Shown here one piece after another: positions 36,418 through 45,403 of a DNA stretch of 52,528 nt. The stretch's first letter is position 1; the number at the start of each line of letters is the position of its first letter. The position numbers and the translations under genes were made by a program. Below the pieces are notes generated by a model. The model worked only from the letters and a program-made list of their open reading frames with translations, was not told the DNA's origin and did not search any database. The stretch is from an uncultured Mariniphaga sp. (lineage in GTDB: Bacteria; Bacteroidota; Bacteroidia; Bacteroidales; Prolixibacteraceae): assembly GCA_964355145.1 (NCBI GenBank), contig CAYHDA010000001.1, positions 19,632 to 72,159 of the forward strand, written 5' to 3'.

Positions 36418-37809
36418 ATGTCTATTCAGGAAACCAATTCAGAAGGCAAGTTGCTCAGAGTCTTGTCTTTAAGAGATGTTGTCATCTATGGAATTATTCT
36501 TATTCAACCGGTTGCGGCATTGCCCCTTTTCGGTCATGCCAACGACATTTCTAAAGGACATGCCGTAACTACAATCCTGATAGCTATGGTCGCAATGATA
36601 TTTACGGCTATTAGCTATGGAAGGATGGCAAATCTGTATCCTTCCGCAGGATCAGCCTATACCTATGTAGGCAAGGGATTGCACCCCTATCTTGGATTTG
36701 TTTCCGGCTGGTCCATGTTTATGGATTATATGTTTATCCCAATTATTTGTGTCATTTATTCGAGTATTACGGCTAATCATATGTTGCCTTTCATCCCTTA
36801 TCCGTTTTGGATACTTTTCTTTGTCGCCGGTTTTTCATGGCTAAATCTTAAGGGAATCAGGATGGCATCAAGAACCAATACTATCCTGATGATCATAATG
36901 AGCGTTGTGGTATTTTATTTTATGGCAGCCGCAATACGTTATATCTTTATTCAAAATGGATTAGAAGGGCTATTCTCAGTTCGTCCGTTTTATAACCCTG
37001 AAACCTTTTCTTTTGGCGCGGTGGGGTCTGCTACGGCATTGGCTGCATTGACCTATATTGGTTTTGACGGCATTACGACTTTATCAGAAGAGGTGAAAAA
37101 CCCCAGAAGAAATATTATGATAGGTGCATTGCTGACCTGTCTGATTACCGGGGTTTGGAGTGGGGCACAGGTTTATCTTGCACAATTATCATGGCCTGAC
37201 TGGGCTTCATTTACGCAAGGATTGCCCGATGCCGCAGCGCAAAATAATGCCTTGGATAAGGCAATCATATCAATAGCAAACCGTATTGGAGGTGCATTAT
37301 TAGACGGGTCCCTGACCATCATTCTGCTTCTTGGCAGTATTGGATCAGGTGCGGCAGGACAGCTTGGTGCTTCCCGTCTGCTCTATGGGATGGGCAGAGA
37401 TGGTGTAATTCCTAAAAAAATCTTTGGCCATCTGGATAAGAAGCACTCCTCGCCGAACTATAACATCATGATTGTTGGTGGTTTAGTTCTTATAGGAGCA
37501 GCTTTTTTGAATTTTGAAGACTCTGCCTTGCTCATTAATTTCGGAGCTTTTTTTGCATTTATGGGGGTGAATGCCGCATCCATCAGAGAATATTTCTTTA
37601 AGGCGGAAGTAAAAACGCTGAAAGGATTTTTGATCGATTTTCTCCCTGCAGGCATAGGATTTATTTTCTGCCTCGGTATTTGGCTTAACTTACCATTGAA
37701 GACTTTTGTCATCGGAGGCATCTGGATGCTATCGGGGGTTATCTATCTGGCCATTCGTTCCAAAGGCTTTCGCGAAACCAATGTCATGATTGATTTTTCA
37801 GAAAAATGA
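36418..37809 (+). CDS. APC superfamily amine/amino-acid permease, putrescine importer PuuP-like
   Basis: 463 aa with 12 TM helices. The blocks SAGSAYTYVGKGL, GFDGITTLSEEVKNPRRNI, ASRLLYGMGRDGVIPK and LINFGAFFAF match what I recall of E. coli PuuP. Confidence 0.8.
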   Translation: MSIQETNSEGKLLRVLSLRDVVIYGIILIQPVAALPLFGHANDISKGHAVTTILIAMVAMIFTAISYGRMANLYPSAGSAYTYVGKGLHPYLGFVSGWSMFMDYMFIPIICVIYSSITANHMLPFIPYPFWILFFVAGFSWLNLKGIRMASRTNTILMIIMSVVVFYFMAAAIRYIFIQNGLEGLFSVRPFYNPETFSFGAVGSATALAALTYIGFDGITTLSEEVKNPRRNIMIGALLTCLITGVWSGAQVYLAQLSWPDWASFTQGLPDAAAQNNALDKAIISIANRIGGALLDGSLTIILLLGSIGSGAAGQLGASRLLYGMGRDGVIPKKIFGHLDKKHSSPNYNIMIVGGLVLIGAAFLNFEDSALLINFGAFFAFMGVNAASIREYFFKAEVKTLKGFLIDFLPAGIGFIFCLGIWLNLPLKTFVIGGIWMLSGVIYLAIRSKGFRETNVMIDFSEK

Positions 37810-37824
37810 GATTGCTGGATTGAT

Positions 37825-39060
37825 TTAGTCTTTCCGGATCAACACTGCTTCGCTTTTAGGTGATTCCAGCCCGTAGTGATTGATCAGCGAAACCTGATAT
37901 TTATAACTTTTTTTAGTCTTCGGATTTCTGTCAGCATATTCAAATTTGTCAGTTATTTCTATAGGATTGTCGTGGTAATCAATCTTGAGATTCCATTTTA
38001 ATTGAATAGAATCTGCATTGATCAGCTGATCATTCCGATATATTTTGAACCCTTTTATTCCACTATCAACATCCGCATTTGCGTTCCATCTGATCACATT
38101 ATCTTTACCTGCGGATTGCACTCTTACATTATAGGGAGCTTCTGTCGGGGGTGTTTTGTCAGTTACACTTCCGGTTCTAACAAATTCAGACCATTTTTCA
38201 GCAAAAAGTCTGTCTGGAAACCAGTTCCCACGACTTTTATAATTTGTTTCCTTTAATTCATTGGTTAATTTGAAATTATCAAGATCAATAAAACATTGAT
38301 TATCCCTGCTTATTAAGTTCGTACTGTCGGTTAACCGAATTTTTAATATGGCGTCAATAAATGAAATGGCTAATAAACGTGATCTGGCACTCTCGTGGCC
38401 TGAAGTTGGATCCGGAGCAATACAAACCGGTGCATCTTTTCTGATCCGGTATTTCATCGCTTCAATAGCCGTAGCCCATACAAAATTGCTGAATACATCG
38501 TAACTTTCCTGAATTCCCAAGAGACAAAGTATAGGTACTTTTAATCCTAAACTGGAGGTGTCTGTCCATGCGGGGGATTTTAATACTGCACAAAGGATCT
38601 TTTCAGGATGCTGAAGTACCATTTTGTAAGCCCAGTGCCCGCCTCCGGAGTGGCCCCATATTATCCAGGGTGCAAATTCCAATTCTTTATGTTTTGATTG
38701 CCTGGCAATTTCTGAAATTCCTTTGGTAAATGTTGCATACGAACCTTCCTCCGGCTCTATCCAATCATGACAATCATTCTTGCTGACATAGGATGAACTC
38801 ATAAATGCAAAATCCCATTTCTTCGCTAACGCCCGCCATTGCGCGTCATGGTACGAATTACGGCCCGATTTGAATGCCGATTCTCCACATCCGTGCTGAT
38901 GAAAAATTATCCCCTTTACAGTTTCCAGGTTTTCAGGTATCCACATAGCATATTCAACCTCTTGAAATTTGCCATTCGAAGGCTCAAGCTTAATTTTATA
39001 TTCCTGAGCAGAAAGATGAGCCGAAAGGAAGATGTTGATTATTAAGATTATTCTTCGCAT
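37825..39060 (-). CDS. Secreted alpha/beta-hydrolase (carbohydrate-esterase-like) with C-terminal Fn3 domain
   Basis: Signal peptide MRRIILIINIFLSAHLSAQE. Nucleophile elbow GHSGGGHW. The C-terminal Fn3 has PPTEAPYNVRVQSAG...IKGFKIYRND. ATG 39060 is preferred over 39132. Confidence 0.65.
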   Translation of the reverse strand: MRRIILIINIFLSAHLSAQEYKIKLEPSNGKFQEVEYAMWIPENLETVKGIIFHQHGCGESAFKSGRNSYHDAQWRALAKKWDFAFMSSSYVSKNDCHDWIEPEEGSYATFTKGISEIARQSKHKELEFAPWIIWGHSGGGHWAYKMVLQHPEKILCAVLKSPAWTDTSSLGLKVPILCLLGIQESYDVFSNFVWATAIEAMKYRIRKDAPVCIAPDPTSGHESARSRLLAISFIDAILKIRLTDSTNLISRDNQCFIDLDNFKLTNELKETNYKSRGNWFPDRLFAEKWSEFVRTGSVTDKTPPTEAPYNVRVQSAGKDNVIRWNANADVDSGIKGFKIYRNDQLINADSIQLKWNLKIDYHDNPIEITDKFEYADRNPKTKKSYKYQVSLINHYGLESPKSEAVLIRKD

Positions 39061-39295
39061 AAGGTTGATTGTTAGAGAAATAGTCTGAAGACTGTTGATT
39101 TTAATATCTTTGTTTGATTCAAATGTATTCATTAGTTTTCAGATAAGTAAATAAATCACATCAAACTTACTGATCCGGGTTGAATTAGAGAGTCGAACCT
39201 GATTCAATATTTTCGGAGGAATAAATCTCAATTGATCAATATTTAATGTGCTTTATCCAATATTAAGGAAGTATTTGGGAATTGACGCACGTACC

Positions 39296-39328
39296 TTTGG
39301 TCAAAATTCCACAACTCAATTAACTTTG
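39296..39328 (+). promoter_or_regulatory. Candidate Bacteroidota sigma-70-type promoter for the GH92 block (-33 TTTG at 39296-39299, -7 TAACTTTG at 39321-39328)
   Basis: Both consensus elements are exact with a 21-nt spacer. The -7 box ends 21 nt before ATG 39350. Confidence 0.4.
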
Positions 39329-39349
39329 TCTGTATAACCTAATTTTAAA

Positions 39350-42277
39350 ATGAGCACGTATAAATTCTATTTTCTGGTTCTTATCCATTTGACGATTTCC
39401 GGTTGTTTTGTTGCTGTTCAAGGCCAATCGCCCGATTATGCACAGCTGGTAAACCCTTTTATGGGAACGGCTGCCGACGGAAATACGTGGCCGGGTGCTG
39501 CATACCCTTTTGGATCAGTACAGCTCAGTCCGGATACAAAGCTGACAGGTGCAGGAGTATGTGGCGGATACTACTATCCGGACTCAACTATTCTCGGTTT
39601 TACACATACTCACCTTAGCGGTGTAGGCGAACCTGAATACCGCGATATCCTGTTTATGCCCACTGTTGGAAAAGTACAGCTGCTTCCCGGTGTTGAAAAA
39701 GGGGATAAATCGGGATACAAATCATCATTCGATCATCTTCAGGAAACAGCATCTCCGGGATATTATTCTGTCTTTTTAAAGGATTATGGAGTGAAAGCCG
39801 AACTTACCGTAACTCCAAGATGTGGTTTTCATAAATATACGTTCCCAAAATCCGATAGCTCACATGTGATAATCGACCTCGTCCATCCCGGTGGAGCCGA
39901 AGAATTGTATATTAAAAAAGTCAGCGACACAGAGATTGAAGGATTACGCCGTTCCCACGGCTGGGCCTGGGATCAATATGTCTATTTCGTTGCGAGGTTT
40001 TCTAAACCCTTTTTGTCTGTTGATATTGCACTGGACGAGGCAATTATAAAAGGTGCTTCTGAAGCGAAAGGGAAAAATGTGAAGGCCTCCGTTAATTTTA
40101 ATACAAAAAACGGCGAAGCTATTTTGGTCAAGGTGGGAACATCGGCAGTTAGTATCGATGGTGCCAGGAAGAATCTGACAGCTGAAATCAAGGACTGGAA
40201 TTTCAATAAGATAACCGGCGATGCCAAAGCTGCATGGAATAAAGAGCTCACAAAGATTGAAGTCGAAGGGGATAAACCTGAGGATTTGAAAAATTTCTAT
40301 ACCTCGATGTACCACGCTTTTCTAAATCCTAACCTGTTTATGGATATTGATGGAAAGTACCGCGGAACAGATCATAAAGTCCACGAAGCACAGGGATTCA
40401 CCAATTACACGGTATTTTCTCTCTGGGATACTTTCCGCGCATTGCATCCACTGTATACCATTATCAATCAAGGAAGAACAACCGATTTTGTGAAAACACT
40501 GCTGCAAATCCACGATGATGGAGGCAGGCTTCCAATGTGGCCGCTTGCCGGAAATTATACCGACGATATGCTTGGTTATCATGCGGTTCCTGTGATTGCT
40601 GATGCCTATGTGAAAGGAATCCGGAATTACGATTTGCAAAAGGCGTTTACAGCAGTTAAACATAGTGCTGAACTGGATAAACTTGGACTAAAATATTATA
40701 AAAAAATTGGGTATCTCCCTTGTGACCGTCAGGGTGAGTCGGTCTCCAAAACACTTGAATATTGCTACGATGACTGGTGCATAGCTCAGATGGCTAAGGA
40801 GATGGGATCGAAGGAGGATTATCTGAATTACCATCAGCGTGCTCATAATTACCAAAATGTATTCGATTCATCCACTGGATTTATGAGGGGAAAAAAGATG
40901 GACCGTACCTGGCTTACCCCTTTCGATCCATTGGTCAACTCAGCTTATTCAGAAGGAAATGCTTTTCAGTATATGTTTGTTCCTCATGATGCTGATGGAC
41001 TAAAAACACTAATGGGAGGCGACAAAAAATTCTCCGAATGGCTGGATGTTCTTTTCACATTGAAGAAAGGAAACGACGAGAGAGGATCCATCGGACAATA
41101 CTGGCATGGCAATGAACCTGGTCATCACCTCGCGTATCTCTATGATTATGCGGGAGAACCATGGAAGACACAGGCGCTTGTTCACCGTATCATGACAGAT
41201 TTATACAAGAATACTCCGGAAGGATTGGCTGGCAACGAAGATTGTGGTCAGATGTCGGGCTGGTATATCCTAAGTTCAATGGGTTTTTATTCTGTAGCAC
41301 CTGGCCAGAAAATATATGCTATTGGCACTCCTTTGTTTGCAAAGGCCACAATCAACCTCGAGAATGGAAAGAAATTTGTGGTTAAGGCTAACAATATCTC
41401 GGATGACAATTATTATATCCAGTCAGCAACCCTTAACGGGAATGTTTACAGCAATTCATATCTTCGGCACGATGATATTATGAATGGCTCTGAACTGGTT
41501 TTCGAGATGGGTCCAAAACCCAATAAACAGTGGGGCAGCGGCTTAAAAGAGCGCCCTTATTCCGAAAATGGCGAGCCGGTAGCAATGGTTCCCTATATTA
41601 AATCAGGAGAAACCTTGTTTGGACAGTCAACTTCCATAACGCTTGCCTGCGACACAAAAGATGCTGAAATACGGTATACACTTGATGGTACCGAACCCAT
41701 GGCCTCCTCTCAATTGTATTCCTCTCCATTTGTGGTGAAGGAATCGGCAATCCTGAAAATGCGTTCTTTCTGCAAAACGTTAATGCCAGGTATCTCCATC
41801 AATATTGAACTTAAAAAAGCTGTTTTAAATGAACCGGTTGGCAAACTAAAAGTGAAACAAGGATTGGCTTACGACTACTTTGAAAGATTTTTTGTGACTA
41901 CAGATGATCTGGATAGTACAGAACCGCTTTTATCAGGCATTACCGATGTATTTAGTATTAAAAATGCGCCTAAACAGACTTACTATGGTTATCGTTTTCA
42001 CGGATATATTGAGGTTCCGAAGGATGGTATTTACACTTTTTTCCTGATATCCAACGACGGCAGCAGATTGTTCATCGACGGTAAAGAGCTGATTGAGAAT
42101 GATGCCAATCATGGTGCAGTAGAGGAACCCGCGAATATTGGACTTAAAGCAGGTCAGCATAAAATCCTCGTGAAATATTTTCAGTGTGGCGGCGCAAAAG
42201 CTTTGAAAGTAAGCTGGTCGGGTCCCGAAATGGAAAAGCACGAAATAAATGCGAATGAACTGTTTATTGATAATTAA
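39350..42277 (+). CDS. Glycoside hydrolase family 92 alpha-mannosidase with C-terminal Fn3-like plus PA14 module
   Basis: 975 aa. GH92 blocks VNPFMGT, GFTHTHLSGVG, FSLWDTFRALHPLY, YWHGNEPGHHLAYLYDYAG and GNEDCGQMSGWY. The PA14 tail has GIYTFFLISNDGSRLFIDGKELIENDANHG. Confidence 0.92.
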   Translation: MSTYKFYFLVLIHLTISGCFVAVQGQSPDYAQLVNPFMGTAADGNTWPGAAYPFGSVQLSPDTKLTGAGVCGGYYYPDSTILGFTHTHLSGVGEPEYRDILFMPTVGKVQLLPGVEKGDKSGYKSSFDHLQETASPGYYSVFLKDYGVKAELTVTPRCGFHKYTFPKSDSSHVIIDLVHPGGAEELYIKKVSDTEIEGLRRSHGWAWDQYVYFVARFSKPFLSVDIALDEAIIKGASEAKGKNVKASVNFNTKNGEAILVKVGTSAVSIDGARKNLTAEIKDWNFNKITGDAKAAWNKELTKIEVEGDKPEDLKNFYTSMYHAFLNPNLFMDIDGKYRGTDHKVHEAQGFTNYTVFSLWDTFRALHPLYTIINQGRTTDFVKTLLQIHDDGGRLPMWPLAGNYTDDMLGYHAVPVIADAYVKGIRNYDLQKAFTAVKHSAELDKLGLKYYKKIGYLPCDRQGESVSKTLEYCYDDWCIAQMAKEMGSKEDYLNYHQRAHNYQNVFDSSTGFMRGKKMDRTWLTPFDPLVNSAYSEGNAFQYMFVPHDADGLKTLMGGDKKFSEWLDVLFTLKKGNDERGSIGQYWHGNEPGHHLAYLYDYAGEPWKTQALVHRIMTDLYKNTPEGLAGNEDCGQMSGWYILSSMGFYSVAPGQKIYAIGTPLFAKATINLENGKKFVVKANNISDDNYYIQSATLNGNVYSNSYLRHDDIMNGSELVFEMGPKPNKQWGSGLKERPYSENGEPVAMVPYIKSGETLFGQSTSITLACDTKDAEIRYTLDGTEPMASSQLYSSPFVVKESAILKMRSFCKTLMPGISINIELKKAVLNEPVGKLKVKQGLAYDYFERFFVTTDDLDSTEPLLSGITDVFSIKNAPKQTYYGYRFHGYIEVPKDGIYTFFLISNDGSRLFIDGKELIENDANHGAVEEPANIGLKAGQHKILVKYFQCGGAKALKVSWSGPEMEKHEINANELFIDN

Positions 42278-42300
42278 AACCTAAAAACAGCGTAATTGCC

Positions 42301-45300
42301 ATGAAAACCTTTTTTCAGTTTATTCTGATTTTGAGTATGGTAGTGGTGACTTCATGCACAAAACAAAAACAACCCGTTGATTATGTGGATCCTTTTCTGG
42401 GAACCTCTGGTAATCGCTGGATGCTTTTCCCCGGACCTTGCCTGCCCTTTGGGATGGTTAAGTTAAGTCCGGATAATACCGACGACTATGCCATGGATGC
42501 CGGTTACGAATATAAAAACAACAGTATTTGTGGCTTTGGTCATGTTCACTCGTGGGCGATGGGGAGTTTTTTAACCATGCCGGGAACGGGTAAAATTAAG
42601 ATCCAGCCTGGTAAAATTGATCATCCTGAATCAGGTTATCGTTCACGGATCAATCATAATACCGAAAAGGCTTCACCGGGTTACTATTCAGTTCTATTGG
42701 AGGATTACGGAATAAAAGCCGAATTAACAGCTACCACACGAGGTGGATTTCAGCGCTACACTTTTCCAAAAGGTGCAGATGGGCATATCCTCTTTGATTT
42801 ACAGGTGCCGGAAGAGTGGAAACCACTTCTCGTTGAGGCCTCGGTCAGAAAAGTCAGCGATCGGGAGATCGAAGGCTCTGTTCATCGCTCCGCCGGATTT
42901 AATGACTATGTTCTTCATTTTGTTGCCAGGTTCAACAGGCCATTCGAAACGATGGGAGGCTGGCAAGGAACTGATATTATTGATGATACAAAGGAGATTC
43001 GTGTTGTCAACGATCTGGATATAGGAGCATTCCTGAAATTTAAACCGGGTAACGACCAGGTTGTTTTAATGGAAACGGGTATATCTTATGTCAGTACCGA
43101 ACAGGCACGAATTAACCTGCAAACCGAACTGGATCCGTACAACTGGGATTTTGATGCAGCACATAAAGGGGCCAGGGATATATGGAACCAGCTTTTGGGA
43201 AAGATTAAAATTGAGGGCGGAACCGAAAGCGATAAAACGAAGTTTTACACCAACCTTTATCATTCATACAGCGCCCGGACCATCTACAGCGATGTGAACG
43301 GAAAATATACCGACATGTGCGAAAAGGTGCAGCAATTGGCTGATCCCGAATCTCCGGTTTATGGGTGTGATGCTTTCTGGATGACTTTCTGGAATCTGAA
43401 CCAGCTATGGGGCCTCGTTACCCCTGATGTTAATGAGAAGTGGGTGAAGTCGTTGCTTGAGATTTATGATAAGGGCGGATGGCTGTCTAATGGTCCTGGC
43501 GGAATTGAATACTCCGGCATCATGGTGGCCGAACATGAAATTCCACTTATCGTAGGTGCCTGGCAAAAAGGGATCCGCAATTTTGATGCGAACAAAGCTT
43601 ACAAAGCGATGAAAGAGATTCAGACAACACCCTCAAAACCTCACGAATGCGGGGGATATGCGGGAAATAGAAACATCGTCCCTTATATGGCAATGGGCTT
43701 CGTTCCTGCCGACGATGGTCCGGTATCAAATACACTCGAATATGCCTTCGATGACTGGTGTGTGGCACAAATGGCCAAATCATTGGGCAAGCTGGACGAT
43801 TATAACTATTTCATGCGAAGAGCCCAGAATTACCGAAACGTTTTTGATCCCTCTACAGGTTACATGCGCCCCAAATATGCCGGGGGTCCATGGATGGAGG
43901 AGTTCTCCCCAATCAAGAGTGCCGTTGGGAAAGAGGATAATTTTGGTACCAGGGATTATGTTGAGGCGAATGCATGGCAATATAGCTGGTTCGTTCCTCA
44001 CGATCTAAAAGGCCTAATTGAATTAATGGGAAAAGATGTATTCAACAACAGGCTGGAAGAGGGATTCAAAAAGTCGCTGCCTATTTTTACGAGCGCATTT
44101 GTGAACCATAGCAATCAGCCTAATATGCAGGCTGCCTGGCTTTTTAACTATTCTGGAAAACCTTGGCTGACACAGTACTGGGTACGGGAAATTATTGATA
44201 AATACTATGGCACCTCCCCTGTCGACGGCTATCCCGGCGATGAAGATGAAGGTCAAATGGGAGCCTGGTATGTGATGAGTGCGATGGGCCTTTTTGAGAT
44301 GGATGGAGGTGCCTCAACAGAACCCGCGTATGAATTATCGGGTCCTGTCTTTAATAAAATAACGATAAAGCTTGATCCGAAATATTATAAAGGCGGTGAA
44401 TTCGTGATTGAGGCAAAAAACAGTTCATCTGTAAACAGGTATATCCAATCAGCAACACTGAACGGAAAACCGTTAAATCAATTCTGGATCAGACATTCGG
44501 AGCTGGTAAAGGGCGGAAGGCTGGTTTTTGAAATGGGTTCTGAGCCCAATAAAGACTGGGCATCTAACAGTGAACATCCTCAAAAAAACGATATTGCAAC
44601 AATTGTCGCTACACCCTCCCTTATCGAAACAAACCGGATATTTTTAAAAGATTGTTCAGTGAAAATGTCATGTAATACACAAGGGGCTGAAATCTATTTT
44701 ACGCTCGATGGTTCACAACCCGATAAAAATTCCAGGTTATACAAAGAGCCCTTTATCGTCAATCAGACAACTACAATTAAAATGACTGCTTTTAAAGGAG
44801 ATGAAAAAAGTTTGCCTGCAGAAGCAGCGCTTACTAAAACCGGCCTGAGTAAACCGATTTCTCCCGGCGAGGTGGAGCAGGGTCTTCATTATAAGTATAT
44901 TCATGGTGATTTTCGGATGGTAAACGAATTTGCTGACATTAAACCGGTGAAAACCGGAATAATTCCGGTTTTCACCATTGAGCCCCGCGAAAGAGATGTG
45001 TTTTTTGCTTTTGATTATGAGGGCTTTATCCGTATACCGAAAGACGGACTTTACACCCTCTATCTGACCACCAATGATGGTGGAAGATTGATGATTGATG
45101 GCCGGCTGCTGATCAATAATGATGGATTGCATCCTCTGACTGAGATTTACAAACCTGTTGCTTTACAAGCGGGACTTCATCCTGTTTCTGTAAAATATTT
45201 CCAGGAAGGTGGGGGTAATGGCCTGAAAGTTTCATGGCAGGGTCCCGGAATTGGGAAAGAGGAAATTCCCGCTTCTGTATTGTTTCATAGGAAAAACCCA

Positions 45301-45303
45301 TGA
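42301..45303 (+). CDS. Glycoside hydrolase family 92 alpha-mannosidase lipoprotein with C-terminal Fn3-like plus PA14 module
   Basis: 1000 aa with lipobox VVTSC. GH92 blocks VDPFLGTSG, GFGHVHSW and GDEDEGQMGAWY. The PA14 tail has GLYTLYLTTNDGGRLMIDGRLLINNDGLHP. Confidence 0.9.
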   Translation: MKTFFQFILILSMVVVTSCTKQKQPVDYVDPFLGTSGNRWMLFPGPCLPFGMVKLSPDNTDDYAMDAGYEYKNNSICGFGHVHSWAMGSFLTMPGTGKIKIQPGKIDHPESGYRSRINHNTEKASPGYYSVLLEDYGIKAELTATTRGGFQRYTFPKGADGHILFDLQVPEEWKPLLVEASVRKVSDREIEGSVHRSAGFNDYVLHFVARFNRPFETMGGWQGTDIIDDTKEIRVVNDLDIGAFLKFKPGNDQVVLMETGISYVSTEQARINLQTELDPYNWDFDAAHKGARDIWNQLLGKIKIEGGTESDKTKFYTNLYHSYSARTIYSDVNGKYTDMCEKVQQLADPESPVYGCDAFWMTFWNLNQLWGLVTPDVNEKWVKSLLEIYDKGGWLSNGPGGIEYSGIMVAEHEIPLIVGAWQKGIRNFDANKAYKAMKEIQTTPSKPHECGGYAGNRNIVPYMAMGFVPADDGPVSNTLEYAFDDWCVAQMAKSLGKLDDYNYFMRRAQNYRNVFDPSTGYMRPKYAGGPWMEEFSPIKSAVGKEDNFGTRDYVEANAWQYSWFVPHDLKGLIELMGKDVFNNRLEEGFKKSLPIFTSAFVNHSNQPNMQAAWLFNYSGKPWLTQYWVREIIDKYYGTSPVDGYPGDEDEGQMGAWYVMSAMGLFEMDGGASTEPAYELSGPVFNKITIKLDPKYYKGGEFVIEAKNSSSVNRYIQSATLNGKPLNQFWIRHSELVKGGRLVFEMGSEPNKDWASNSEHPQKNDIATIVATPSLIETNRIFLKDCSVKMSCNTQGAEIYFTLDGSQPDKNSRLYKEPFIVNQTTTIKMTAFKGDEKSLPAEAALTKTGLSKPISPGEVEQGLHYKYIHGDFRMVNEFADIKPVKTGIIPVFTIEPRERDVFFAFDYEGFIRIPKDGLYTLYLTTNDGGRLMIDGRLLINNDGLHPLTEIYKPVALQAGLHPVSVKYFQEGGGNGLKVSWQGPGIGKEEIPASVLFHRKNP

Positions 45304-45372
45304 CTCTGCGCTTCGCTAATACGAATGAAAAAAACACAAGTGTTCAGTCAGACAATTAAAAAACAAATTTCT
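45289..45372 (+). repeat. Copy 3 of the intergenic cassette. The 19-codon sORF MTLRFANTNEKNTSVQSDN* (45300-45359) has its ATG overlapping the GH92 TGA stop (ATGA).
   Basis: Gap-free alignment to copy 1 over 83 nt, with 69/83 identical positions by hand count. The last GH92 codons (AGG AAA AAC CCA TGA) occupy the position of the mini-ORF ATG AAA TAC/CAC CCA TGA of copies 1 and 2. Confidence 0.65.
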
Positions 45373-45403
45373 CAATTAATCAATATCTGTTCAAGTGCAT
45401 ATT

